Of a stretch of DNA of 64,000 nt, positions 49,201 through 58,244 are shown one piece after another. Positions within the stretch are counted from its first letter, which is position 1, and each line of letters starts with the position of its first letter. This DNA is from a virus. The translations under genes were made by a program, and so were the position numbers. The notes beneath the pieces were generated by a model, which saw only the letters and a program-made list of their open reading frames with translations, had not been told where the DNA came from and did not search any database. The stretch spans positions 1 to 64,000 of the IMG/VR virus record IMGVR_UViG_3300027763_000038. One strand, given 5' to 3'.

Positions 49201-51098
49201 TCTAGTTCAGCTTTTGGATATTTAGCATAATAATGTTTCAAACCAGTAGAATAAACCATTTCTTTGATAAGATTATCATTGAAATAAACTCCGGCCATTT
49301 TTGCAGCCTTATCAGTTTCTACCACCCCACTTATACAAGTCTGGGAATATCTTGTTCTAGTGTCTCTTTTTGTCTCTAGTTTTAGATTAGCCAATTCTAA
49401 AGACTGAGAATAATCGAAATTTTTTCTAAGACCAGGATCAGAACAATCTTTCATCCCTTTCAAACTAGCACTAGAAAGTCTATAGGTATCTGATAATTTA
49501 ACAGTCATATCAAAATCCAAATCCACATAACATGCGGCATCAATATTTTTAGTAAATTCTAGTGTGGTTGTGGATTGAGGTGGAAACCAGATATATGCAC
49601 CATATTTATTAGCTAGTGCAGTTATCAGGTCTCCTGTAGTTTTTATATAGTCTAATTTACTAAGCGAATTAATTGGACTAGTAGACATGTCAGCATTAAA
49701 TCCAGATAATTGCTTGTATTCATTAAGTACATAGGTTTGGTCTAAATTTCTTTTTAATAGATCTATTGTAATTTGATCATATTCTGGAGATGTACATAAT
49801 AATGCAGATAGCTCGAATATTTGTATAGGGTTTAGAATACTAATACTAGAATTTCTTTCATGATCTTCTTCATTAATGTAGTCCAGTGCTGTATAAATAC
49901 TATAGAATCGATCATATAGATTACTAGAAATATAAGTAAACTTAGAACCACTAGGAATAACTCCTACAACACCATTATTTTGAATTAGTTTTAGACCAGA
50001 AGGACAGAACTTAGTAGTTCCTCCTCTATCTCCGCTATAAGGAGGATATTCTGGGCCGTCATTAGTAGCATAGAATACGTCTCCGGGAGAAATATAAAGA
50101 TCAACGCCAGATATTGGTCGAGGATCATTTATTATCCCGGTTTGATAGTATCTATACCAGCCTAATACTCCAGAACTATAATTCCACTTCCAATGAGACC
50201 CAAGTTTAGTATGTTTAACAAATATATTGTCATAAGTTTTATTGTTAAAACCATGTGGTATTACAGAAAATTCATCTGGTGTTGGTAATACATCTCTCCA
50301 ATTTGGCCAAGGAATATTATCTCCAGTAGGCCCTATTAGTCCATCAAATATGGAATATTCGGGATTATATCCAGATGAATCAGGATTAACGTGAGTAAGT
50401 ATAAAATTGCCACAAGTTTTACCAACTTGTAAAAACTTAGCATACGCTTTATTATGATCATCTATATTATCGTATTGAGAAGTTTCTTTATCATATGGTA
50501 TTTCTCCCATTCTTTCTTTCAAAGACCAATCGATCATCATTTTTGCTTCAGTTGTATTATCACTAGTAATAGTAAAATTTCTTAACTCAGATAATTTGAT
50601 GAAATTTTCAAAGCCTAATGGCTTGTTAGTTACTGCTGGAAATTGATCTTGATATTTCCAATCATAAAATTCAGTTAAATATTTTTGATTTAGTAATGGT
50701 ATTTTAGGAAGATAATCATCTTTAAACATTCTATTATCACAAGATCCTGATCCGGTACAACAGATAGTCGTAATAGGAGACAAAGGAGTACAATAGTTAC
50801 AATCTAAACCAAATATAGGTTTTTCCAAATCATTATAGTTTCCAACATAATTAATTGCTGATGAACAGTTAAATGGATCAAAAGCTTGAAGTAAAACCGT
50901 CTGAGGCTGAGTGAGTAAGTCAACATACTTATGATTTGAAATATTTCCACTAACAACAATAGGTCTCCATAGGCCACTAGTACCAGAACTAAACGCAGGA
51001 ACTAGATTTCTAAGTCTGGACATATCTACCTCAACACTAAGTCCAGTTAAGGTAGCTTCGGTAAATAAGGACCTATTAAATAGCGTACAACAGCTCAT
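43266..51098 (-). CDS. 2610-aa giant protein with Cys-rich termini (probable virion/tail-associated)
   Basis: Uninterrupted ORF at the end of the tail gene block; dense Cys clusters in the C-terminal ~700 aa. Confidence 0.75.
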   Translation of the reverse strand: MSCCTLFNRSLFTEATLTGLSVEVDMSRLRNLVPAFSSGTSGLWRPIVVSGNISNHKYVDLLTQPQTVLLQAFDPFNCSSAINYVGNYNDLEKPIFGLDCNYCTPLSPITTICCTGSGSCDNRMFKDDYLPKIPLLNQKYLTEFYDWKYQDQFPAVTNKPLGFENFIKLSELRNFTITSDNTTEAKMMIDWSLKERMGEIPYDKETSQYDNIDDHNKAYAKFLQVGKTCGNFILTHVNPDSSGYNPEYSIFDGLIGPTGDNIPWPNWRDVLPTPDEFSVIPHGFNNKTYDNIFVKHTKLGSHWKWNYSSGVLGWYRYYQTGIINDPRPISGVDLYISPGDVFYATNDGPEYPPYSGDRGGTTKFCPSGLKLIQNNGVVGVIPSGSKFTYISSNLYDRFYSIYTALDYINEEDHERNSSISILNPIQIFELSALLCTSPEYDQITIDLLKRNLDQTYVLNEYKQLSGFNADMSTSPINSLSKLDYIKTTGDLITALANKYGAYIWFPPQSTTTLEFTKNIDAACYVDLDFDMTVKLSDTYRLSSASLKGMKDCSDPGLRKNFDYSQSLELANLKLETKRDTRTRYSQTCISGVVETDKAAKMAGVYFNDNLIKEMVYSTGLKHYYAKYPKAELDRRYSATAINPRIDKAAFHHQGGVYYDSKIFGVDNSTVFVNNVSLQFINNPRAKITFTTKDAGIKLYSLKIEKLRGSNEDTYECRAFPNQNTCGCLGLSTFTEYPYICNQNSFIFSNDPLRFTPGLSTSNSPRLKSYGGYSSNYITGILGSETIPNHPATGTILNAVNKKIDPEMPYGCQKSIQLSLPNYVYSSWAFSLPSYDTIHADIWAEVLENVDLFRTTLSFTSVDGELESIPNAGYQRFASKVDINNTVVYDKQKKIVVEKGNTASEITAQITNPYLEAILGGNQYVLYPPNGNSCLASNIIGGDENILVPIKFTRIPRKQIINFAIPSTTGMGTLKRGFFHPNSGLTYKTDLSINGEQTIRNSPIEYLKQSPYISYDKELFNSGSPYNSGSILIGNFTDDVKKILAQINGFESHKKPRLYLKLEDRWYEYNTDDVFGFKKDNNTYIGEPYLFKYSSQDSFEMVDGPIIPVSPKGHINFSFMYNFIPSGNQITHYSEKKYPFFHTDFIKNEDDLRTAKLDGVRLYFILGENDSALVTLHDSIDQLTTDEQDKITATYPELILVNGERWKYRGNGAKNNRNSYSLVDYNRLYTNFSDLHIGYNERNRQGYIFDTKKKCNQTVKIYNKENLSENYDAKIIEKSLYHVTIDKSKNKIKRSNSLINEYRNFYTEIKFDQDIRYKQSYIDFSLLNLDSSNQEGADSFFLYQSQPTLARENDTLLVNGNYLTKWSDIFSFDGKLTNDLSQYFYGSDYLNVIYPSSLYNNNFFKIIINNTDYKIHRYNINLNNNNLFITHSGLANFTIHQPYNIGLDILTNGSIEDYQNYLSFIDINIPQSGDNVTNDFREKIQPHLQQMIDANKIPLGSIKISGILANLGSAHPYENDFISPTANLFWVNLRAGKLLESALTINSNKTFYTNTLRVDSSPFQLREINSTRRVNSNGCYRVFDPLVPTDQQTFADNVLEFDHFKQVPYTGGVFSRFPVYCDTDNLPPGACSSLACGMNTAGYISYSGTYDIEINKTKELTDENNDIPYILSYDAGFYNPIGNKSLKYIQRLELTPDNTLYPASNCNTNVSPRPINNRISVLNEEYQSLMNDSIVDDHTALVQNTDILANEMFFRLMYGEKQKINLNTIDNVNNSVSFTDLIKYNYPKIEAKDVYKNIPYDLDTSADTSNRKISGSLSIRGILKVGDSITAEVAGKTIDISIVRENGKIIALATVDGKSISGVIYTESAITNNLIVSDRQLANYTLLKKCEELERRNLGFYHAFTSGKIYGDVDCDGNQLTYPYWPILDREAWLAIAQAERDAQAARNAGNNDLADLLSQSAQDQYKPYACPYPSDLAGQYYWTYNFYNCSPNFLDSQGRKIPSSPFPRGAGGCANTSSAGGPPGWGCTNWGVGLGIDSLNPNVFTVLSSTSRTIKLGGVARGIFGLVKDCFVMGGSINLTRNNGGDIEDKIGGSAIAHPYAIPSKVTSTGPRCGSCKTLDYKDPLTGFDYYDPIRKTSIPPSDGNLENNCECADWDYGYCRNSNNSSCLCSTESYEYDEFDYSFEYCRYNISLKAHKRKIKYNPNGIVVTKSAACNGTEPGRTFPGSSDRGGEVEEEFSFLESSAGAPAIYYVHTGETTSTYPNYEAKCPEELCSIEYDNNTLTIIMPNGSNLCINNTIRNTCPIINITVPNDTYTVSDSISSSCDNCGVEPNKIAMVDQKQNWEIVTETRTCILGSILSGGNPNENGPLELGCQTIGCGYCNGCCSDQCCNSDYTSCGQGLALKEAPDSFPWSICITYTEPSVCVGGNDRYPHSVVGGCDVPIVYPIVTSNSNANRRYVDIWKEQMKQVRLNTAPCFNNITTIDVDDIVEGVVPGSCGEVTFTPVVYNGMKYKATLGDPVVSSNSVTFTVASYTYQYRRPKTIQDIFKGDQLIEKCSAVVGSCPPSATINKTERVKTFDCENIPRCYDTQVPKCDDNNYCCRIGKNSIS

Positions 51099-51104
51099 TT
51101 GATA

Positions 51105-54100
51105 TTAACACCTATAAGATTGTAAAACCCATCCGCTACCCATAAAGGTAAATAGTCCTGCATCTCCAACATTAACATTAAAATCTAAAGGATTAGAGAA
51201 AGTTGTTAGATAAGTTCCAGAAGTATTACGATATAGATTATACATATCTACAGAATTTGCTCCTCTAATAATACCGGAAGTCATAGATGGTTTATTAAAG
51301 ATTGGTTCATAAAATCCATTCTGGCCATTATAGTTACAGTAAACATGAGCTCCTCTAGGAGCACCATTAACTCCTAGTGGATCTTTTACAAATACTAAAC
51401 GACGTAATCCACTAGCTAATGGCTGATTACTATAAGAATCGTCTACTATCTCACCACGAGATGGTTGATTACCTACTAAATCTGTTTCTATAACTACCCA
51501 AATTGGTTTATATCCATTGCCTCCAGCAACCCAAACTCCAGCAACGTCATCCCATCTAAGATCAACAGGACCAACTGGCCATGTTCCTGGTAATTGCCCC
51601 CAACCTTTATAAAAAGAATTTTCTTTGTATGGTTCTGTCCAGGTTTGATCAGGTTTTTGAGTTTGGTTTTTGTATATAATATTACCACTAGTATCTTTAA
51701 CAATTTCTCCATTAGTATCTAATTTTGGTTCACCAGAAGAGTTAGGAACTGGAAATCCTTCTAAATCATATCCCCAAGCATGAACCATCAATGGTCCTCT
51801 TAATCCAAAAAATCTTGCATTATTAGCAGGACAACCAGATGCGCCCGTTGGACCAGGAATAGATTTAGCTGCACAATGATCAATATAATTTTGATCATAG
51901 TCAAGAAAGTTTTTCTCTATTGTTGATGAATAAGCAAATTTTAAAGAATTTCCTGTCTCGGGGACTGTCATACCCAAACCAACCAAGTCGATACTATGTC
52001 CAGTAAGATCTCCAGATTGTCTATTTTGAAAACAACTAAATTCTCCAGTAGCTAATAATACAGGATTTAATGTGGAATAATTAATAATAGTATTTTGATT
52101 GGTTTCACCAGAAGGTTGTCCAGTATTGGCATTTTTAGAAATAATAGTTAAATCATCTCCACTAGCTAAAATATATGGAGGATTTGTTTGTTTTGGAGAA
52201 GAACTCTTGTAAGCTCTTTTTTCTTTATTATCAATAGTTTCACAAAATGGACAAACATCAGTCTGGCTAGACTTTAATTGTATTAGTCCTGCAAAGCCTG
52301 ATGGTTGAGATCCTGAATCTCTAGGTATGTCAAATTTTTCCCAAGTATAATTGCCACTACCTTTACAAAATGCGCAGTTATCTCTAGGATATTTTGTAAT
52401 ATTATAAGTAGAACCATATAGTGTTGGATAAAAAGAAATAGGAGATAATAAACCATCTAAACTCATGAATGATTTTTGACTATAATCATCTTTTAATTCT
52501 CTTGGTAGTTCTTGAATATCTTGAACAGAGACATTGGTTAAGTATCTTAACATGTCTTTAGTATTATAGCTTGTATTTTTAGAATATGGAAATTTTGACC
52601 ATGATGGAGAAAATCCTAGATCAGCATAAATATCTCCAATAGAACTTTGGAAATTTAACTGAGGATATGCGGCGCCAGCTAAAATCTCGAACGGACTCCA
52701 TCTTAATGGCTTAGGAGTGTCTGCACCACCAAGTAAACCATTATTAGACTTGGGGAAAATATTTGATTTAATTTTATTTAGAGCACTATTTATGCTATTA
52801 TTAGTGTCTCTTCGTCTTTTCATAAATTCTAAATTAGTATCACGAATTCTATCAGAATTTTCTTTATTAAAAAACCCTATTTTTTTAACATATGTTCTCA
52901 TATTATAAGAGGAAGTAATACCAGCATTATTAAGACTAACATTAAAATTAGTTACTATTGGTCCTGCTGTATCTTCAGCAGTTAATTTTAGTACACTTCC
53001 TATACTATATGACTTACCGTTAGGATCTTTTAAAAGCAAACCCACAGCGCTAATACTACCTTGTTCAGTAACTTGTTGGTAGTTTATATCATCTTTAATT
53101 ATATTCATGACAACAGCATCTAAAGCATTCGTTCCTCCATAATTCCAAGGAACTAAATCATCCTGAACATTTACTTTAACTCCACCAACCAAATTATTTA
53201 CTAAATTATTCAAAGCATCCTGATTGTATGGGTTGTCTGCATCTGGTGGGATAAATATTAATGAAGAAACACCTTGTAAACCTGGATGATTAATCCAGGG
53301 ACCATAAGTATATCTATTGTATTTAACTGGAACTGCCGCAAACTCAGGACACGTTGCTTTTTTAGCAATAACAACATTCTCTGCTGAATTATTAATAGAT
53401 ATACCGTGATTACCACCAATTAATTTCATTGTACTAGAAAATCCCCAAGCACAAAGAATAGCTTTCCAATTCATAGGATTAGAAGTAGCTTTTAATGAAT
53501 TATTTGTGCGAGATCTATTATTTGGGGGTTGAGCAGATCCTCTGTTCATTATGATTAAAGCATCATGCAATTGAACATAGGATAAAGAATCCTGTGCATC
53601 AGATTTTCCTCCTCCTAAATATAAAGGATCTGGTAAAGATAAAATAGCTCTAGGACGATAAAGATCGTCAATGTCTTTTAAGAAAATTACTTTTGGTTCA
53701 ACTTCAGACTTGACATACATTTTAAATTGCCAGCCTGATGGAATTGGTTCTCCATGAGGAGTAGTAGGAGCCAGGGTTGCTCCAACCAAAGTGTTAGTAA
53801 CATTTTCTAATCCAAGATTAGATATTGTTGGATTTTGGTATGGCACATACAAATATTGATCAGGTTGCATACTGTGATCTAAAGGAAAATAAAAATATTC
53901 ACTTCTGTCTACAACAGAACCAAAAGAATGAGACATAGCTAACATTAGAGCAGTTAGTGAATTGGGATCATTCCTAGTAGCAAGATAAGTTTGAGACCAA
54001 AAATCTCTAGAAGCAAAATCTCCATTAGCATTAAATCCTAAAATAGGCTGTATTTTATTGTCATCGTCTGAAAATAAAGAAGCTTGCGAGGAACCAACAA

Positions 54101-56573
54101 CTATTGTATCATCTATAAAGTTACCTTCTTCTTCCCAGGCCCCATCAGTAGCTATTTCCCAATCGGTATAAAATCTACTACTAGTTGAATAAGCAAAACC
54201 TCCATAACTAACTGATGTCTCCCCATCACTATTACTAAAAGGAGACGTTTGATACCATCTCATTTTAGGTGTTTTCACCATAAATTTCTTACCATAGTAA
54301 GTATTACAAATATTTGCAAAAAAATCATGTATCTTTTTTAAATCTGCATATAATGATTGAACGTATGGCTGAGAATTTTCAATACTAATAGTATATGCTC
54401 TTGGTTCTTTAGTCTGAGTAACTGTACTTTTATTAACTGCATCCCAATTAATAATATTTAAACCAGCTAAAAAATCTCTTCTATTACCAAAAGTAGGATA
54501 TTGAGCACAAAAAGCTGAATATATTAAATCTGCAATGTCTGTATTAAATATGTTGTCAAAACAATAAGAAAACCAAGCTTCAAATCCACCACCAGCTGAT
54601 CTAATTTCATTTTCTAAAACTACAAACTCACCACTAGAGCCAAAAGATTTAGTTAATAAAGATGTAATATCATTATTTCTAAAAACAATTTGTAACTGAC
54701 CTGTCTTACGGTCTAAATATACTTTTCTCGGTTCATGCCAGTCAATAGCTGATGGTACTGTGGTTGTGGTAGTATCTTGACCATGGTAACCAAAATATGG
54801 ACTAATTAAATCATTGTATAAAGGATAGCTTTCATTATTTGCAAAAGCAGGATTAGGATTACCTCTGTAACGAGAAGCTGGATCTTGTTCTTCTGTAGGA
54901 AAATAATTTCCTCTATAAATATTCAAAGAGGTTCCAAAAGTATCTATAGTCTGAAATACGTCCCAATCATTAATTTGACCAACTGCTGATCCGCCATCTG
55001 TAGAGGTTTGAGTATATCTAGTGCTACCAGCATCTGGTATTCTAAAATAATTTTCATAATTAGTACCAGCACTAGTGGTGCCACCAAAATCCATAAAATG
55101 ACCAACACCATTATTATAGTATGGATCAAAAACTAAACTACTCTGTTTAGAAGATATATGTACAGATTTAACTTGTAATAATCTTTGCTGTTTACTTCCA
55201 ATATACATGGATCTAATTTCTTTATCATTATATTCTTGTCCATATGTATAAGAACTCACTTTTGCTCCAGCACCAACTAAATTAGCTACTATTTTTTTAA
55301 TAATTTCTCTAGGTGGTTGATTTCTTTTACTTACTGTACGAATGACAATAACTCCAGAAAAATTACCGACTTCATTAGGATAATTACTATCTGGAAGTCG
55401 AAAATCCACATAAAAGTCAAAACCAGAACCATTGCATATTTTGCTTATAAAATCAAGTATACTAATAGTTGGACCAGTATTTAAAAATAAGTCATTAGGA
55501 GGTATCGGTAATTCACTTAAGTCTAATTTTAATTTTGTTCTTCTAACACTATCTGTTGCTAAAATATTAGGACATAAACCACATTCTTGCAGAGTCATAG
55601 TTTGGTGAGGAGTAGCATTTGTGCTGAATATTTGTTGACTACTAACATCAACAGGAACTCCACTCATAGTTAATGGATGTTTAGCAATAATTGCTCCATA
55701 CGGAGAAAATGGGTTACTTATGCCTCCCGCTAAGTCTTGTAACGCATAATAAATTTGTAAAGCTGAAACTCCACTATCTGTTTTCCCAGCATATCCAAAG
55801 CCTTTGTTTTCTAAATATCCAAAAATATTAAATACATTTGGCATATTGCCCTTAACAATATCTGATGTATAAACACCAGTAGTATTTGATGGAACAGCTA
55901 TGTCATCATTAATTTCAGTTGATATTGATCCCATGTAGTCATCAATAATTAACCAAGACCCAGCTAGTAAACTAGCATAACTTTTTAGTGTAACTTCAAA
56001 TAAGCCACTACCGCCTTGACCACCATTAGCTTTCCAATCGGAAATCATTCCTCCAAAAGATATTCCGGGTGAAAACTTAAAAAAAGCTGGAGCACCAATA
56101 ATGTCATAAGCATCACGAACCAAGCTACTATCTGGATCATATTTAGGTAGTCCTAAAAATCCTGGATCTGGATCAGTCCAGTTTTTTTTCACATTATTAG
56201 CATTATCCCAGTAAACTTTTCCAAGATCATTATATTGATTTTGATCTGCTATTTGTGGACTTATAGTTTTGAATAAATTTCTACCAGGATCAGCATCACT
56301 AAATGAACCATCTGTGTTTCTTCTTAGCGCTGTGGATCCTCGGTTAGTATTAGAATTAGTATTAGCTACCAGAGTGTTAAGTGGACCATATTTTGTTGAG
56401 GCCGGGTGATATGCAGGGTCTGATACTAAGTTAATTGTTATTGAACTAGCATCGGCACCCCATCCTAGATTCATATTAAAACTAGTTAAGCTACATCCTA
56501 AAAATAATGTCTGATTATATGGCCCTACTTCTTCATATGATCCAGGACATGTAAACGGATTCTGTGGAGGCAT
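51105..56573 (-). CDS. 1822-aa tail/baseplate hub-like protein
   Basis: Downstream of tape measure; N-terminal FLG.S...F....GW....S.I.I.L pattern; CAFCKGSG..CPFC finger; SD AAGGA. Confidence 0.65.
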   Translation of the reverse strand: MPPQNPFTCPGSYEEVGPYNQTLFLGCSLTSFNMNLGWGADASSITINLVSDPAYHPASTKYGPLNTLVANTNSNTNRGSTALRRNTDGSFSDADPGRNLFKTISPQIADQNQYNDLGKVYWDNANNVKKNWTDPDPGFLGLPKYDPDSSLVRDAYDIIGAPAFFKFSPGISFGGMISDWKANGGQGGSGLFEVTLKSYASLLAGSWLIIDDYMGSISTEINDDIAVPSNTTGVYTSDIVKGNMPNVFNIFGYLENKGFGYAGKTDSGVSALQIYYALQDLAGGISNPFSPYGAIIAKHPLTMSGVPVDVSSQQIFSTNATPHQTMTLQECGLCPNILATDSVRRTKLKLDLSELPIPPNDLFLNTGPTISILDFISKICNGSGFDFYVDFRLPDSNYPNEVGNFSGVIVIRTVSKRNQPPREIIKKIVANLVGAGAKVSSYTYGQEYNDKEIRSMYIGSKQQRLLQVKSVHISSKQSSLVFDPYYNNGVGHFMDFGGTTSAGTNYENYFRIPDAGSTRYTQTSTDGGSAVGQINDWDVFQTIDTFGTSLNIYRGNYFPTEEQDPASRYRGNPNPAFANNESYPLYNDLISPYFGYHGQDTTTTTVPSAIDWHEPRKVYLDRKTGQLQIVFRNNDITSLLTKSFGSSGEFVVLENEIRSAGGGFEAWFSYCFDNIFNTDIADLIYSAFCAQYPTFGNRRDFLAGLNIINWDAVNKSTVTQTKEPRAYTISIENSQPYVQSLYADLKKIHDFFANICNTYYGKKFMVKTPKMRWYQTSPFSNSDGETSVSYGGFAYSTSSRFYTDWEIATDGAWEEEGNFIDDTIVVGSSQASLFSDDDNKIQPILGFNANGDFASRDFWSQTYLATRNDPNSLTALMLAMSHSFGSVVDRSEYFYFPLDHSMQPDQYLYVPYQNPTISNLGLENVTNTLVGATLAPTTPHGEPIPSGWQFKMYVKSEVEPKVIFLKDIDDLYRPRAILSLPDPLYLGGGKSDAQDSLSYVQLHDALIIMNRGSAQPPNNRSRTNNSLKATSNPMNWKAILCAWGFSSTMKLIGGNHGISINNSAENVVIAKKATCPEFAAVPVKYNRYTYGPWINHPGLQGVSSLIFIPPDADNPYNQDALNNLVNNLVGGVKVNVQDDLVPWNYGGTNALDAVVMNIIKDDINYQQVTEQGSISAVGLLLKDPNGKSYSIGSVLKLTAEDTAGPIVTNFNVSLNNAGITSSYNMRTYVKKIGFFNKENSDRIRDTNLEFMKRRRDTNNSINSALNKIKSNIFPKSNNGLLGGADTPKPLRWSPFEILAGAAYPQLNFQSSIGDIYADLGFSPSWSKFPYSKNTSYNTKDMLRYLTNVSVQDIQELPRELKDDYSQKSFMSLDGLLSPISFYPTLYGSTYNITKYPRDNCAFCKGSGNYTWEKFDIPRDSGSQPSGFAGLIQLKSSQTDVCPFCETIDNKEKRAYKSSSPKQTNPPYILASGDDLTIISKNANTGQPSGETNQNTIINYSTLNPVLLATGEFSCFQNRQSGDLTGHSIDLVGLGMTVPETGNSLKFAYSSTIEKNFLDYDQNYIDHCAAKSIPGPTGASGCPANNARFFGLRGPLMVHAWGYDLEGFPVPNSSGEPKLDTNGEIVKDTSGNIIYKNQTQKPDQTWTEPYKENSFYKGWGQLPGTWPVGPVDLRWDDVAGVWVAGGNGYKPIWVVIETDLVGNQPSRGEIVDDSYSNQPLASGLRRLVFVKDPLGVNGAPRGAHVYCNYNGQNGFYEPIFNKPSMTSGIIRGANSVDMYNLYRNTSGTYLTTFSNPLDFNVNVGDAGLFTFMGSGWVLQSYRC

Positions 56574-56601
56574 TTGATATCCTTGTATTCTTAAAACTAA
56601 A

Positions 56602-58209
56602 TTATTGTTCTATGCATCTTACCCATTCCCAAGTTTTACTAGTACTGATTCGTCCTTCTTTTGGATTCCAATTACTAGTATTAGCCGTTACATACGATTT
56701 GATACCTGCCGTATTAGCATATCCAATTGTAAAACTGGCAGGATTAAATCTTTCTACTACACCTGTTATAGTAGTATAGTGGTCACCTGGGAATAAAAGA
56801 TCTACTAAACTACTAGGTTTAGGAAGCACTACTTCAAAATTAACAGTTCTAGATGATGAACTAAAAGTTCCCAAATCTTGCAAAATAGGACCTAATTTAC
56901 GTCCTAATACGAAAATAGAAGCAATCATAGGAGTAGCATGACGATCATCAATACTTAGTGTTTCGCTAATAGCTCCACTAACCAAGGGTCTTGGTCTATT
57001 GTTAAAAACCCAACTATATGTTATTGTTCCTTCCGCAGGATTCATTCCTTCTGTTATGCTCATAGGAACAGGGTTTATTGGAGCAAGTCCGCTGCTAACG
57101 GAAGTTGAATAACCCAGAGTCATCAAAGTACCAGTAGCAAAAGCGCTACTTATTCTATTAATTAAACCAGATTTTATTTCAGCATATCCACTTAATGCGT
57201 TAACAAATTTGGTACCATTAGTTCCATTTGCATGAGTATTATCGTTATATAATTGATTTAATGTACCAGTTAAAGATCCACTAAGATATGGAAGCATACT
57301 ACTATTGTATATATTTCCACTATTCATTAACTCTAAACCTTTTATTGTACCCTGTACTGTTACAGTTCTTAATAATTCTGAGTCTAATGAGCTATCAATA
57401 TTAAAAGTTTCTATATATGGTAATGTTACTCCACTAGGTACTCCTATCCAATTATCTGTTATTCTAAAAGATCCTTCAACTTCGCTAACATTTAAACTTC
57501 TAACAAAATTATATAGCTTCAATCCAACAACACCACTATATGTTGGAGGTTCTCCAAGTTGATAATTTACCCATCCTTTAGCATTTTGCACAGCACTAAA
57601 TGAAGATCCTCCACCACTATTAGGTATGTACTTGCCTACTGCTCCAAGAGTACGAGTAATTCGATAAAAAGGATAATGTTGTCCTTGGTTAAAAGAAAGA
57701 GCAGGATTTCCATATCCTGGCAAATAATTACCTAAACTAAACGGCCCCTTAGCAAATGCTGTTTCATCTAAAGTTTCAATACTCCATTCGTCTTGAGTGC
57801 TATTAACATAAAATGCTGGACTAATACCTGTAACAACACTATCTTCAAATTGTAAACCAATACTATAGTCAATAGTAGTTGTCCAATTATTATCTGTTTT
57901 ATTAGCAGAATATTGGGATACTTTACCTCCAGAAAATATACTAAGAGTTGACCCACAACCAACTGTTAATGTACCGCCATCGACAAATACGGATCTCAAA
58001 CCACTTTCTAATGTTAGCAGTTGTGGCAATCCACTATTACCACTACCCGTAAATAATTGTCCTTCTAAAGTAACAGAAGTGGTTGCTCCAATAGTTCTTC
58101 CCGCTCCATTTCTTTGATATTCTTTAGAAATAGAAACAGACGGAACTGGATATCCACTTGCTCCTTGAAAACTAAAAGATCCATATTTAACAAATGCTGA
58201 CGTAGCCAT
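56602..58209 (-). CDS. Tail protein (distal-tail/tube-like), about 535 aa
   Basis: Beta-rich S/T/G protein in the tail block; start moved to ATG 58209 (AAGGA upstream). Confidence 0.6.
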   Translation of the reverse strand: MATSAFVKYGSFSFQGASGYPVPSVSISKEYQRNGAGRTIGATTSVTLEGQLFTGSGNSGLPQLLTLESGLRSVFVDGGTLTVGCGSTLSIFSGGKVSQYSANKTDNNWTTTIDYSIGLQFEDSVVTGISPAFYVNSTQDEWSIETLDETAFAKGPFSLGNYLPGYGNPALSFNQGQHYPFYRITRTLGAVGKYIPNSGGGSSFSAVQNAKGWVNYQLGEPPTYSGVVGLKLYNFVRSLNVSEVEGSFRITDNWIGVPSGVTLPYIETFNIDSSLDSELLRTVTVQGTIKGLELMNSGNIYNSSMLPYLSGSLTGTLNQLYNDNTHANGTNGTKFVNALSGYAEIKSGLINRISSAFATGTLMTLGYSTSVSSGLAPINPVPMSITEGMNPAEGTITYSWVFNNRPRPLVSGAISETLSIDDRHATPMIASIFVLGRKLGPILQDLGTFSSSSRTVNFEVVLPKPSSLVDLLFPGDHYTTITGVVERFNPASFTIGYANTAGIKSYVTANTSNWNPKEGRISTSKTWEWVRCIEQ

Positions 58210-58244
58210 AATAATAAATGTCCTTTCCCTAAACAAACTTAAAA

